Source: a virus
Reading direction: 5' to 3' (one strand)
Virus record (IMG/VR): IMGVR_UViG_3300027111_000206
Location: 6,686 to 70,685 of that record
DNA: 64,000 nucleotides
In this document: positions 24,766 through 34,051 of the stretch, piece after piece
Position numbering within the stretch: position 1 is the first letter of the stretch
Layout of the letters: each line of letters starts with the position of its first letter
Position numbers and translations under genes: made by a program
Notes under the pieces: generated by a model
What the model was told of the DNA's origin: nothing
The model's input: only the letters and a program-made list of their open reading frames with translations
The model's database searches: none

Positions 24766-26053
24766 CGTTCCGCAGGCTCAATTCCTCACGCTGCCCCACA
24801 AGTTTAGAGCGTTCGTTGCCGGGTTCGGCTCAGGCAAGACCTGGGTGGGATGCTCGGCGCTCAGCAAGCACTTCATGGAGTGGCCTGGCGTCAACGCCGG
24901 TTACTTCGCCCCGACTTACCCACAGATTCGAGACATCTTCTATCCCACGATAGAGGAGGTGGCATATGACTGGGGGCTGAAGACCAAGATCAACCAAGCG
25001 AACCATGAGGTTCACATCTACAGCGGCCGACAATATCGCGGCACTGTGATTTGCCGATCGATGGAGAAGCCGCAGACCATCGTTGGTTTCAAGATCGGTC
25101 ACGCCCTGGTGGATGAGCTGGACGTGCTGACCGCAGTCAAAGCGCAGCAGGCCTGGCGCAAGATCATTGCCCGGATGCGCTACAACCTGCCGGGGCTGAA
25201 GAACGGGGTAGACGTCACCACGACACCTGAGGGCTTCAAGTTCGTCTTCCAGCAGTTCGTGAAGCAGCTACGCGACAAGCCTTCACTGAAGGATATGTAC
25301 GGCCTGGTTCAAGCCAGCACCTTCGACAATGAGCTGAACCTGCCGGACGACTACATCGAGTCACTGATGGAGTCGTATCCGCCACAGTTGATCCTGGCGT
25401 ATTTGAAGGGCCAGTTCGTCAACCTGACGTCCGGGACGATCTACACGGCCTATGACCGCAAGCTGAATCAATGTTTCGACACAGTCCAGCCTGGCGAGCC
25501 GCTGTTTATCGGGATGGACTTCAACGTCGGCAAGATGGCAGCGATCACACACGTCAAGCGTGACCAGGGGCTGCCCAGGGCGGTTGATGAACTGATTGAT
25601 GGCTACGACACGCCTGACATGATCCGGCGGATCAAAGAGCGGTATTGGCAGCACGACGGCAACGACTTCAAGAAGACGTGCGAGATCAGGATTTACCCGG
25701 ATGCTTCGGGCGACTCGCGCAAGTCCGTTAACGCCAGCATCACCGACCTTGCCATGCTCAAGCAGGCCGGGTTCGCGGTCATCGCCCCAGCGGCAAACCC
25801 GCCAGTGAAGGACCGAATCAACGCAATGAACGCCGTCTTCTGCAATGCGCAGGGCGAGCGCCGCTACCTGGTCAATCCATATACCTGTCCGACCTATGCC
25901 GATGGCCTGGAACAGCAGGTTTGGGGGGCGAACGGGGAGCCAGACAAAACCGCCGGTATCGATCACACGAACGACGCTGGCGGCTACTTCATCCACCGCG
26001 AGTACCCGATCATCAAACCGGTCACCGCAATGAAAATGGGGGTCGCTCGATGA
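24752..26053 (+). CDS. Terminase large subunit
   Basis: AGFGSGKT Walker A, LVDELD Walker B, GMDFN nuclease motif, DHTNDAGGY. Confidence 0.95.
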   Translation: MPSLNVPQAQFLTLPHKFRAFVAGFGSGKTWVGCSALSKHFMEWPGVNAGYFAPTYPQIRDIFYPTIEEVAYDWGLKTKINQANHEVHIYSGRQYRGTVICRSMEKPQTIVGFKIGHALVDELDVLTAVKAQQAWRKIIARMRYNLPGLKNGVDVTTTPEGFKFVFQQFVKQLRDKPSLKDMYGLVQASTFDNELNLPDDYIESLMESYPPQLILAYLKGQFVNLTSGTIYTAYDRKLNQCFDTVQPGEPLFIGMDFNVGKMAAITHVKRDQGLPRAVDELIDGYDTPDMIRRIKERYWQHDGNDFKKTCEIRIYPDASGDSRKSVNASITDLAMLKQAGFAVIAPAANPPVKDRINAMNAVFCNAQGERRYLVNPYTCPTYADGLEQQVWGANGEPDKTAGIDHTNDAGGYFIHREYPIIKPVTAMKMGVAR

Positions 26054-27510
26054 CGGACGTCACTTTCACCCGTCCCGAGTACACGGCGGCACAGTACCGC
26101 TGGCGCTTGGTGCGCGACGTCTGCAAGGGCTCGGAAACGGTCAAGGCTGCCGGCGATTACTACTTGCCCAGGCCGAATGCCTCGGACAAGTCCCAGGACA
26201 ATCGCGACCGGTATGACGCATACAAGAAGCGCGCAGTGTTCTACAACGCCACTGGGCGCACGAAACACAGTCTGGTGGGCGCAGTGTTCCGTACCTGGCC
26301 GACATTGACCGTTCCCGGTGCGCTCGACTATGTGTCGAAGGACATCGACGGGCAGGGCGTCAGCATCTACCAGCAGTCGCAGTCGGTCATCGGGCATTTG
26401 CTTGAGGTCGGTCGTCACGGGCTCCTGGTCGACTATGCCGCCGTTGAGTCTGGCACCGTAAGCAGGGCCGACGAGCAGGCGGGACGCGCACGCGCAAACG
26501 TCGCCAGCTATCCAGCTGAATCGATCATCAATTGGAAGACGCGCCAGGTTGGCGGTCAGCACATGCTGAGCCTGGTTGTGCTGCGCGAAAAGGTCGATGT
26601 CGACACTGACGACGGCTTCGGCAGTGAGCAGGTTGTGCAGTATCGCGTGCTGCGCCTGGATGCCACTGGCGTGTATACGCAGGAAGTTTGGGAAGAAGGT
26701 TCCAGCAAGACGGAGATGACGGTGGCACCTTTCGCTCCGCTGAACGGTTCCGGCCAGCGCTGGCGGATCATCCCGTTCCAGTTCCTGGGCAGCGAGAACA
26801 ACGACACCAGCATCGACGATTCGCCGCTGTACGACATGGCCGAAGTGAATATCGGGCATTACCGCAACAGCGCGGATTATGAGGAGGCGGCCTACCTGGT
26901 TGGCCAGCCTCAACCCTGGATGTCAGGCCTCGATGAGCAATGGCGCGACCATCTCGAAAAGACAGGGATATTCCTGGGCTCCCGGGCTCCTTGGTTGCTG
27001 CCTGTCAATGGCGCGTGTGGTGTCTGGCAGGCTCAGCCGAACACGGTTGCCAAGGAGGCCATGGACGCCAAGAAGGAAGACATGGTGTCACTCGGGGCCC
27101 GGCTGATTGAGCGCGGGAGCGCAGTGAAGACCGCCACCCAGGCCGACAACGACAGCGCCGCCGAGCACAGCGTTCTCTCTCTGGTCGTGAGCAACGTCAG
27201 CGAGGCTTACAGCCAGTGCTTGGCCTGGATGGCTGAGTTCGCGAACGCCCCTGGCGAGGTGATTTACAAGCTCAATCAGGACTTCAGCCAGATCACTCTG
27301 GACTCGACGATCCTGGCCAGCCTGTTCAATGCGGTGCAGGGCGGCAAATTGCCGTCGTCCGACTTCTGGCAGTACCTGCGCGATCGCGGTGTTATCGATC
27401 CCGAAAAGACCGACGACAAGATCCGTGACGAGCTTGAGACAGAGAATCCTGGCCCCGACCTGGATGATGACGAGGGGAACCTGAATGGCGGCAAACCAAG
27501 CAATCCTTGA
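26050..27510 (+). CDS. Portal protein (DUF4055-like)
   Basis: RAVFYNATGRT; position after TerL; 486 aa. Confidence 0.85.
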   Translation: MTDVTFTRPEYTAAQYRWRLVRDVCKGSETVKAAGDYYLPRPNASDKSQDNRDRYDAYKKRAVFYNATGRTKHSLVGAVFRTWPTLTVPGALDYVSKDIDGQGVSIYQQSQSVIGHLLEVGRHGLLVDYAAVESGTVSRADEQAGRARANVASYPAESIINWKTRQVGGQHMLSLVVLREKVDVDTDDGFGSEQVVQYRVLRLDATGVYTQEVWEEGSSKTEMTVAPFAPLNGSGQRWRIIPFQFLGSENNDTSIDDSPLYDMAEVNIGHYRNSADYEEAAYLVGQPQPWMSGLDEQWRDHLEKTGIFLGSRAPWLLPVNGACGVWQAQPNTVAKEAMDAKKEDMVSLGARLIERGSAVKTATQADNDSAAEHSVLSLVVSNVSEAYSQCLAWMAEFANAPGEVIYKLNQDFSQITLDSTILASLFNAVQGGKLPSSDFWQYLRDRGVIDPEKTDDKIRDELETENPGPDLDDDEGNLNGGKPSNP

Positions 27511-28573
27511 CGCCACCATCCGGCACGCCGTCTTTCTGGAGCAGCTGAAGTCGGGAGAGGTGGCGAAGTTCGCACCTTTCCTCAAGGAGATAGACCGGTC
27601 GATCCGGGAGCGGCTGACCCGGGCGGACCTGACGAATTACACCGTCGCCCGCCTGGAGCGGCTGCTGAGCGAGGTTGATAGCCTACTGCTGGGAATTTTC
27701 GACCGGTACAGCGAGAAGCTGAACCTCGACCTGGTGGATATCGCCAACTACGAGGCCGAGTTTGAGGCGACAAGCCTGACTCGGGCTGCGCCGGTTGGCG
27801 TCACCTTCGATGCCGCGGTCCCTGGCGCCGCTGCAATCAGGACGGCAATCCTCACGAATCCACTCAGCGTGCGCGGCGCCGACGGCGGGAAGCTGCTCGA
27901 GTCGTTCATTGATGGCTTCACCACCACCGAGCGGCAACGCCTCACAGGCGCGATCCGGCAGGGCTTTTTCGAAGGCCAGACCAACTTCCAGATCATCAAG
28001 AACATTCGCGGCACCAAGGCGCTCCAGTACAACGACGGCATCCTGGCAACGACGAACCGTAACGCCGGTGCCATTGTGCGGACGGCGGTGCAACACGTCG
28101 CCACCCAGGCGCGCATGGAGACGCTGAAGGAAAACAGCGACATCGTGCAGCAGATCGAGATTGTCGCCACTCTGGACAGCAAGACCACCGTGCAGTGCCG
28201 GTCACTGGATGGTCGCCGTTTCCCGCTCGACTCTGGGCCAAGGCCGCCATTCCACATCAACTGCAGAACCACTTTTGTGCCGGTGACGCGTTTCAGCGCG
28301 CTGTTCAGCAAAGACGCCACGCGCGCATCCGTCGGCGGCAGTGGTCCGCAGCAGGTGAGGGCAGACCTCAGCTATTACGACTGGCTAAAACAGCAGCCGG
28401 CCGCGTTCCAGGACAAGGCCATAGGCCCGGTCCGCGCCAAGCTATTCCGCGAGGGCGGCTTGAGCATTGAGCGCTTCTCCGAACTGCAGCTTGATCGCAA
28501 CTTTTCACCTCTGACCCTTGTACAGATGAAGGCTCTAGAGCCTCTGGCGTTCGAGCGGGCAGGCATCAAATAG
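27485..28573 (+). CDS. Minor head protein (SPP1 gp7/Mu F-like)
   Basis: VATLDSKTTVQCRSLDG ... PPFHINCRT. Confidence 0.88.
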   Translation: MAANQAILDATIRHAVFLEQLKSGEVAKFAPFLKEIDRSIRERLTRADLTNYTVARLERLLSEVDSLLLGIFDRYSEKLNLDLVDIANYEAEFEATSLTRAAPVGVTFDAAVPGAAAIRTAILTNPLSVRGADGGKLLESFIDGFTTTERQRLTGAIRQGFFEGQTNFQIIKNIRGTKALQYNDGILATTNRNAGAIVRTAVQHVATQARMETLKENSDIVQQIEIVATLDSKTTVQCRSLDGRRFPLDSGPRPPFHINCRTTFVPVTRFSALFSKDATRASVGGSGPQQVRADLSYYDWLKQQPAAFQDKAIGPVRAKLFREGGLSIERFSELQLDRNFSPLTLVQMKALEPLAFERAGIK

Positions 28574-28611
28574 CAGGCAGGGCCTGCATCTACGTCTCTG
28601 GGAGACAAAAA

Positions 28612-29322
28612 ATGGGTTTGAAATATCAGCTGGACACTCTGGAAGGGGTGGATGACACCGTGCGCGCGCTTTACACCGAGAAGGACGGCAAGTTCGTACT
28701 CGGTATTGAAGGACTGCCACAGTCTGAAGACGTATCCGGCCTGAAGGCCAAGGTTGATGAACTGCTCGGCGAAAAGAAAGCGGCCGAGAAGAAAGCGCGG
28801 GAAGCCGAAGAGGCTGCGCGCCTCGAGCGTGAAGAGCTCGCTCGCAAGTCGGGCAACGTCGAAGAGCTCGAAAAGTCCTGGTCCGAGAAGTACAGCAAGC
28901 GCGAGGCCGAGCTGAGCGCAATGTTGGAGCAGGAGCGCGGCACGCTGAGCACGCAGATCCGGGATCTGACCGTGGGCCGTACCGCTACTGACATCGCGTC
29001 TGCTCTGGCAATCCCAGGCAGCGCCAAAGCCCTGTTGCCGCACATCGAGCGCCGTTTGAGCGTCGAACAGCGGGACGGGAAGCCTGTAGTGGTCGTTCTC
29101 GATCAGCAGGGCAAGCTCTCGGCGGCAACGCTGGACGAGCTGAAAGCAGAATTCGCAAACGACACGGCCTTCGCGCCGTTGATCGCGGGTAGTAAGGCAT
29201 CAGGCGGCGGGGCTGCGGGTGCTGGAGGTGGCGGCGGGGCCGCAAAAGGAAAAATCGGCGGCACCAAAGAGGAACGACAGGCAGCAATCGCGAGCCGGTT
29301 CCCGGATCTCCCTCAATCGTAA
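28612..29322 (+). CDS. Head scaffolding protein
   Basis: Helical, Gly-rich C-terminal linker, upstream of the capsid gene. Confidence 0.75.
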   Translation: MGLKYQLDTLEGVDDTVRALYTEKDGKFVLGIEGLPQSEDVSGLKAKVDELLGEKKAAEKKAREAEEAARLEREELARKSGNVEELEKSWSEKYSKREAELSAMLEQERGTLSTQIRDLTVGRTATDIASALAIPGSAKALLPHIERRLSVEQRDGKPVVVVLDQQGKLSAATLDELKAEFANDTAFAPLIAGSKASGGGAAGAGGGGGAAKGKIGGTKEERQAAIASRFPDLPQS

Positions 29323-29333
29323 GGAAATAACTC

Positions 29334-30302
29334 ATGTCCCTGTCGCAAATGCAGGTTTTCAACGAATACATCATGCCGGCGACTCTCGAGACGCTGGATC
29401 AGTATCTCGCCGCTTTCAACGCCGCCAGCCGTGGTGCAATCGTGCTGTCTCCGGACGGCTTCACCGGTGACTTCCTCCAGGAGTCGTTCTTCCAGACTCT
29501 GGCTGCTGCCCAGCGCCGCGTGGATCGTTACAGCACCAACGCAGCCGTTGCTGCCACCGACCTGACCGAGCTGAAGAACACCTCGGTTAAAGTCGCCGGC
29601 GGCTTCGGTCCGATCCGCTACGAGCCATCGCAGATGACCTGGCTGGAGCGCCCAACCGCGCAAGGCATTGAAGTTGCCAGTCGCGCGTTCGCTGAAATCC
29701 TCCTGAAGGACCAGTTGAACACCGCGATCGCCGCTCTGGTTGCTGCAATCACCGCCCAGGCCGCTGCGGTCAATGATGTCTCGGCTACTGCGGGCATCAC
29801 CTACGCGGCCCTGAACAACGCTCACGCGAAGTTCGGCGACGCAAGCCAGAACCTGGTCACCCAGGTAATGCAGGGCACCAGCTACCACAAGCTGGTAGGT
29901 CAAAACCTGGCGAACCAGCAGCAGTTGTTCCAGGCTGGCAACGTCCGTGTGGTGGACATCCTCGGCAAGATCTCCGTCGTGACGGATGCCCCGGCGCTGA
30001 TGCAGGCCGGCACCCCGAACAAGGAAATCATCCTGTCCCTGGTGCAAGGTGCTGCGCTGGTCCACGACGGCCGAGACATCATCAGCAACGTCCAGACCAC
30101 CAACGGCAAGGAGCGTATCGAAACCACGCTGCAAACCGACTACACCTTCGGCCTGGGCCTTAAGGGCTACACCTGGGACACCACCACCGGCGGCAAGTCG
30201 CCAACCGACGCCGAGCTGGCGACCGGCACCAACTGGGACAAGACCGCCACCAGCATCAAGCACACCGCTGGTGTTGCTCTGATCGGTGATGCCTCCAAGT
30301 AA
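29334..30302 (+). CDS. Major capsid protein
   Basis: 322 aa after scaffold; strong codon bias; followed by a hairpin. Confidence 0.85.
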   Translation: MSLSQMQVFNEYIMPATLETLDQYLAAFNAASRGAIVLSPDGFTGDFLQESFFQTLAAAQRRVDRYSTNAAVAATDLTELKNTSVKVAGGFGPIRYEPSQMTWLERPTAQGIEVASRAFAEILLKDQLNTAIAALVAAITAQAAAVNDVSATAGITYAALNNAHAKFGDASQNLVTQVMQGTSYHKLVGQNLANQQQLFQAGNVRVVDILGKISVVTDAPALMQAGTPNKEIILSLVQGAALVHDGRDIISNVQTTNGKERIETTLQTDYTFGLGLKGYTWDTTTGGKSPTDAELATGTNWDKTATSIKHTAGVALIGDASK

Positions 30303-30355
30303 CCCCTCAATGACTGCGCCAGGGTTTATCGCCCTGGCGCAGCGGAGTAGCAACG

Positions 30356-30658
30356 ATGACTGATAAAAACATCTGGTACCTTCCGGGGCCATTCCACCGC
30401 TACGAAGACGACGTGAAGGCGCTGGCCAAGAAGGCCGGCCTGCGCATCATCGATGCGAGCGCTACCGAGAACCGCGACAATGAGTCCGATAGCCCACCCA
30501 AGGCAAAGCTGAAACCCGAGTACGCAGCGGACGAAGCCGAAACCAATCCAGCGAAGATGGGTGTGGCAGAATTGCGCGAATGGCTGACCGCCCAAGGGGT
30601 CGAGTTCGACCCGAAAGCGCCTAAGGCTGACCTTGTAAAACTCATCCCTGCGGAATAA
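30356..30658 (+). CDS. Hypothetical head-associated protein
   Basis: C-terminal MGVAELREWLTAQGVEF..KA.KADLVKL (HeH/SAP-like). Confidence 0.65.
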   Translation: MTDKNIWYLPGPFHRYEDDVKALAKKAGLRIIDASATENRDNESDSPPKAKLKPEYAADEAETNPAKMGVAELREWLTAQGVEFDPKAPKADLVKLIPAE

Positions 30659-30661
30659 TCC

Positions 30662-31165
30662 ATGACACTCATCATCGAGGACGGCACCGGCAAGCCTGAC
30701 GCCGAAAGCTACGCGAGCGCCGCAGACTTGGCCCTGTACGCCGTGAAGTTCGGCGTCGTCATCCCTGCTGAAGTTCCGGCGCAAGAGGCATTGCTTCGCC
30801 GGTCCGCCTTGGCGATGGATGGCATGGTCTGGAAAGGTCGGAAAATGAGTAGCGAGCAGGCGTTGGCCTGGCCGCGACGAGGCGTTGAGCTGGATTGCGA
30901 GATCAAGCCTGACAACTACCTGCCGGCACGGATCCAGTACGGGCAGATGGCCCTGGCTGCTGAGATCCACACTGACGACATCGACCCAATCGACAAGCGC
31001 AAAGGCGCTGTTACGCTCGAGCGTGTCGAAGGTGCGGTAACTCGCGAATACGCGACAATCTCGAACACCAGTGGCCGGCTGTTGCCTGCGGCGCCGGACC
31101 GGCCAAGCGCTACGCAGTTCGCTGATTACCTACAGAAACGCGGGCTTTTCGCAGTTCGCGCATAG
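30662..31165 (+). CDS. Head-tail adaptor (DnaT-like family)
   Basis: IIEDGTG.PDAESYAS; QALAWPR. Confidence 0.75.
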   Translation: MTLIIEDGTGKPDAESYASAADLALYAVKFGVVIPAEVPAQEALLRRSALAMDGMVWKGRKMSSEQALAWPRRGVELDCEIKPDNYLPARIQYGQMALAAEIHTDDIDPIDKRKGAVTLERVEGAVTREYATISNTSGRLLPAAPDRPSATQFADYLQKRGLFAVRA

Positions 31166-31181
31166 CTGATACGGAGCCACC

Positions 31182-31550
31182 ATGGCCTTTTACGACGAAA
31201 TGGCCGCGATGGCTCTGGAGATGATCGCAGAGTTCGGCCAGCCGGTGACCATCAGCAGAACGGAACCGGGCGAGTACGATCCCGATCAGGGCACCGAAGT
31301 GCCAGGCCCGACCATCGAACAAATCGCCCAGGGCGTCCTGCTCGACTTCACCGGCCAAGAGTTCCAAACCAACAGTCTCATCAGGCAGGGCGACAAGAAG
31401 CTGAAGATCGCCGCGCAGGGCATGGCCTGGGTGCCTGGATTGCTCGACAAGGTGGTTGCGCAAGGCCGCACCTGGTCGATTGTTCCCCCAATGAAAGAGG
31501 TCAACCCCGCCGGCACGCCGATCCTGTATGAGCTGCAGGTGCGGTCGTGA
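31182..31550 (+). CDS. Head closure-like protein
   Basis: Position in the neck module. Confidence 0.65.
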   Translation: MAFYDEMAAMALEMIAEFGQPVTISRTEPGEYDPDQGTEVPGPTIEQIAQGVLLDFTGQEFQTNSLIRQGDKKLKIAAQGMAWVPGLLDKVVAQGRTWSIVPPMKEVNPAGTPILYELQVRS

Positions 31551-32203
31551 GCCGGGCGGGTGCCGGACAGTCCGGCAGTTTCGCGCTGAGCCTTGCCGAG
31601 TTCGCTCAGCAAGCGACCGAAGCCATCGATGCCAGTCTGCGAGAGATCATCATCGAGATCGGCAGCAGCGTGATCCGCATGTCTCCGGTGGGCAATCCCG
31701 AAATCTGGGCAGCAAACGTATCTTATCGTCAGGCCAATACGCGGGCAGCGGATGACTATGACTTCAAGGTTGCTGTCCGAAACACCGTCATCAACCTGAC
31801 CGACAGCAACTTCACCAAGGCTGGCAACCTCAAGCGTGGCGTGAAGTATGCCAAGCCCCTGACAAAGACCGAGAGGGACCAAAACTTCAACGTGAACGGT
31901 CTGGTTGCCGGCCAGGATTATGTCGGCGGACGGTTCCGTGGGAACTGGAATTTCTCGATAGGCTCCCCGGACAACAGCTTTCGAATTAAACCGGACCCAA
32001 CTGGCGAGGCAACCACCACCCGGCTGGTCAGTGGTGCACTTGAATTCAAGGCGGGGCAGACGGCGTTCATCGTGAACAACCTGCCGTACGCCATCCCGCT
32101 TGAGTTCGGGCATTCGACCCAGGCCCCGGGCGGCATGGTCCGCATCACCGTGGCCCGCTTCCAGCAGATCGTGCTGGAGGCCATCAGGAACAACCAGGTA
32201 TGA
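31547..32203 (+). CDS. HK97 gp10-like tail completion protein
   Basis: SPVG..., GRFRGNW, NNLPYAIPLEFGHSTQAPGGMV. Confidence 0.78.
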   Translation: MSRAGAGQSGSFALSLAEFAQQATEAIDASLREIIIEIGSSVIRMSPVGNPEIWAANVSYRQANTRAADDYDFKVAVRNTVINLTDSNFTKAGNLKRGVKYAKPLTKTERDQNFNVNGLVAGQDYVGGRFRGNWNFSIGSPDNSFRIKPDPTGEATTTRLVSGALEFKAGQTAFIVNNLPYAIPLEFGHSTQAPGGMVRITVARFQQIVLEAIRNNQV

Positions 32204-32619
32204 GCCACAAGATCATCCGCTCCCTGCTGGAGTCGCGCCTGAAGGCCTGGGCGGCGGCGCGAACGCCTGCGCTGCGCATCGCCTACCAGAATGTGCCATT
32301 CACCCCGAACGGCGGTGAGACGTACCTGAGGGCTTTCCTGCTCCCGGCCGGGACCGACAGCAACGATCTGGCCGGAGCGCACCGGCTCTACACCGGACTG
32401 TTTCAAATAACCATTGTGACGCCGACCGGCAATGGCCCTGCCGGCGCAGAGACGATCGCCGATGAGCTTGCCGCGCTGTACCCTCTGAATGATCGCCTGA
32501 CCCGAAGCGGTTTTACTGCTTTGGTGATGACTCCAGTCGAGCCAGGCCCCGAGCAGACCGAGGACACAGCCTTCACCCTGCCGGTGTCCTTCCAGTACCG
32601 AGCCGACACCACAACCTAA
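32200..32619 (+). CDS. Tail terminator-like protein
   Basis: Position before the tail tube; GLFQITIVTP.G.G. Confidence 0.7.
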   Translation: MSHKIIRSLLESRLKAWAAARTPALRIAYQNVPFTPNGGETYLRAFLLPAGTDSNDLAGAHRLYTGLFQITIVTPTGNGPAGAETIADELAALYPLNDRLTRSGFTALVMTPVEPGPEQTEDTAFTLPVSFQYRADTTT

Positions 32620-32689
32620 TTCGCCCGTTGGGCAAACCCAGAACCCGCCATTGAGCGGGTTTTGTCATTTCTGCAAAGAGGAAAAACAC

Positions 32690-33343
32690 ATGGGCTTTCG
32701 ACTCCCCAACGGCGCCACCCTTGAAATCGCCGCCACGTACGGCACTGCCATCCCGGTGACGGCGCTGAGCAACGCCAACCCAGCCGTAGCGACCGCTTCT
32801 GCCCACGGCCTGACCGATGGCGACATCATCGCCGTGACTTCGGGCTGGACTCGCCTGAATGATCGTGCCGCACGCGTCTCCGACAGCGATACCGGCACCT
32901 TCGCGCTGGAAAATATCAACACCACCAACCTCCAGCCATACCCAGCTGGCTCGGGCATTGGCTCGGTGCGCGAGGTCACCGGCTTCGCCGAGATCTCGCA
33001 AATCACCGACGTAACCACCAGCGGCGGCGACCAGCAGTTCCTGACCTTCGGCTTCCTAGCAGACGATGATGATCGCCAGATCCCGACCACCAAGAACCCG
33101 ATCAGCATGTCCGTGACCGTGGCTGACGACCCGGCTCTGCCCTATGTGGCCGTGGTCGAGGCTGCCGACGAGGACAAGGTGACCCGCGTATTGCGCTTGA
33201 ACCTGCCGAACGGCGACAAGATCCTCTACAACGCCTACGTGACCATCACCTCGACCCCGGCCCTGTCCCGCAACAACCTGATGACTCGCGTTATCAGCCT
33301 GTCGCTAGCTGGTCGTCCAACCCGTTATTCGGCGGCGGTGTAA
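32690..33343 (+). CDS. Major tail tube protein
   Basis: LPNGATL N-terminus; position before chaperones and tape measure. Confidence 0.8.
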   Translation: MGFRLPNGATLEIAATYGTAIPVTALSNANPAVATASAHGLTDGDIIAVTSGWTRLNDRAARVSDSDTGTFALENINTTNLQPYPAGSGIGSVREVTGFAEISQITDVTTSGGDQQFLTFGFLADDDDRQIPTTKNPISMSVTVADDPALPYVAVVEAADEDKVTRVLRLNLPNGDKILYNAYVTITSTPALSRNNLMTRVISLSLAGRPTRYSAAV

Positions 33344-33346
33344 CCC

Positions 33347-33730
33347 ATGGCGAAGATCAAGATCTCCCAGAACCCGACTTTCAAGGCGAAGGTCGCCATT
33401 CCTCGCGTGGGCGGCAAGCCCGAAGACGTGGAGTTCGAATTCAAATATCTGGACCGCCTGGCCCTGGCCGCGCACTTCGACAAATGGAACGCCGCCCGAG
33501 AGGAACACCAGAAGCACGTCCAAGAGGATGGTCTTTCCTGGCAGGAAGCCACGGTCGCCGAGATTGCCATCCAGGTGGGCCAGCTCAAGGACATCGTTGC
33601 GGGTTGGGCCTTCGACGACAAGCTGTCGGATGAATCGCTGGCCGCCCTGGTTACCACGTGCGTTGGCGCGCCACAGGCCGTGCTTGAGGCATACCAGAGC
33701 GCGTACCAACCGGCCCGCCTGGGAAACTGA
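33347..33730 (+). CDS. Tail assembly chaperone (gpG-like)
   Basis: Ends in slippery G GGA AAC. Confidence 0.8.
   Translation: MAKIKISQNPTFKAKVAIPRVGGKPEDVEFEFKYLDRLALAAHFDKWNAAREEHQKHVQEDGLSWQEATVAEIAIQVGQLKDIVAGWAFDDKLSDESLAALVTTCVGAPQAVLEAYQSAYQPARLGN
33721..33727 (+). other. -1 programmed frameshift site G GGA AAC (G/GT)
   Basis: The -1 frame is open into the 33793-34041 ORF. Confidence 0.85.
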
Positions 33731-33792
33731 CCGGCGCCGCCCGTGTTCTGTACGAGCCGGGGCCATCCGAAGCAGATCTGGCGGCTTTCGGC

Positions 33793-34041
33793 ATGACCCT
33801 GGCGGATATCCCGCCCGTTGAGTACGACGTCTGGCCGGACAACTGGTCCGCGTTCCTACTCTTCGAGGCCATGTCCACCCAGTGGCGCACCGGCATGGGC
33901 GGGGCCTCTGGCCTGGATTATAACGCCCTCCCGCCTGTCGCCAGCATGCTGGGCATGAAGCGGCGCGAACTCACACAAGCCTTCCACGACATCCGCGTCA
34001 TGGAAGCAGAAGCCATGCTCGTGATGAGCGAATCGAAATAA
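33793..34041 (+). CDS. Tail chaperone gpT-like (frameshift extension)
   Basis: TQWRTGMGGASGLDYNAL; in the -1 frame of gpG. Confidence 0.78.
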   Translation: MTLADIPPVEYDVWPDNWSAFLLFEAMSTQWRTGMGGASGLDYNALPPVASMLGMKRRELTQAFHDIRVMEAEAMLVMSESK

Positions 34042-34051
34042 CGGAGCCCGC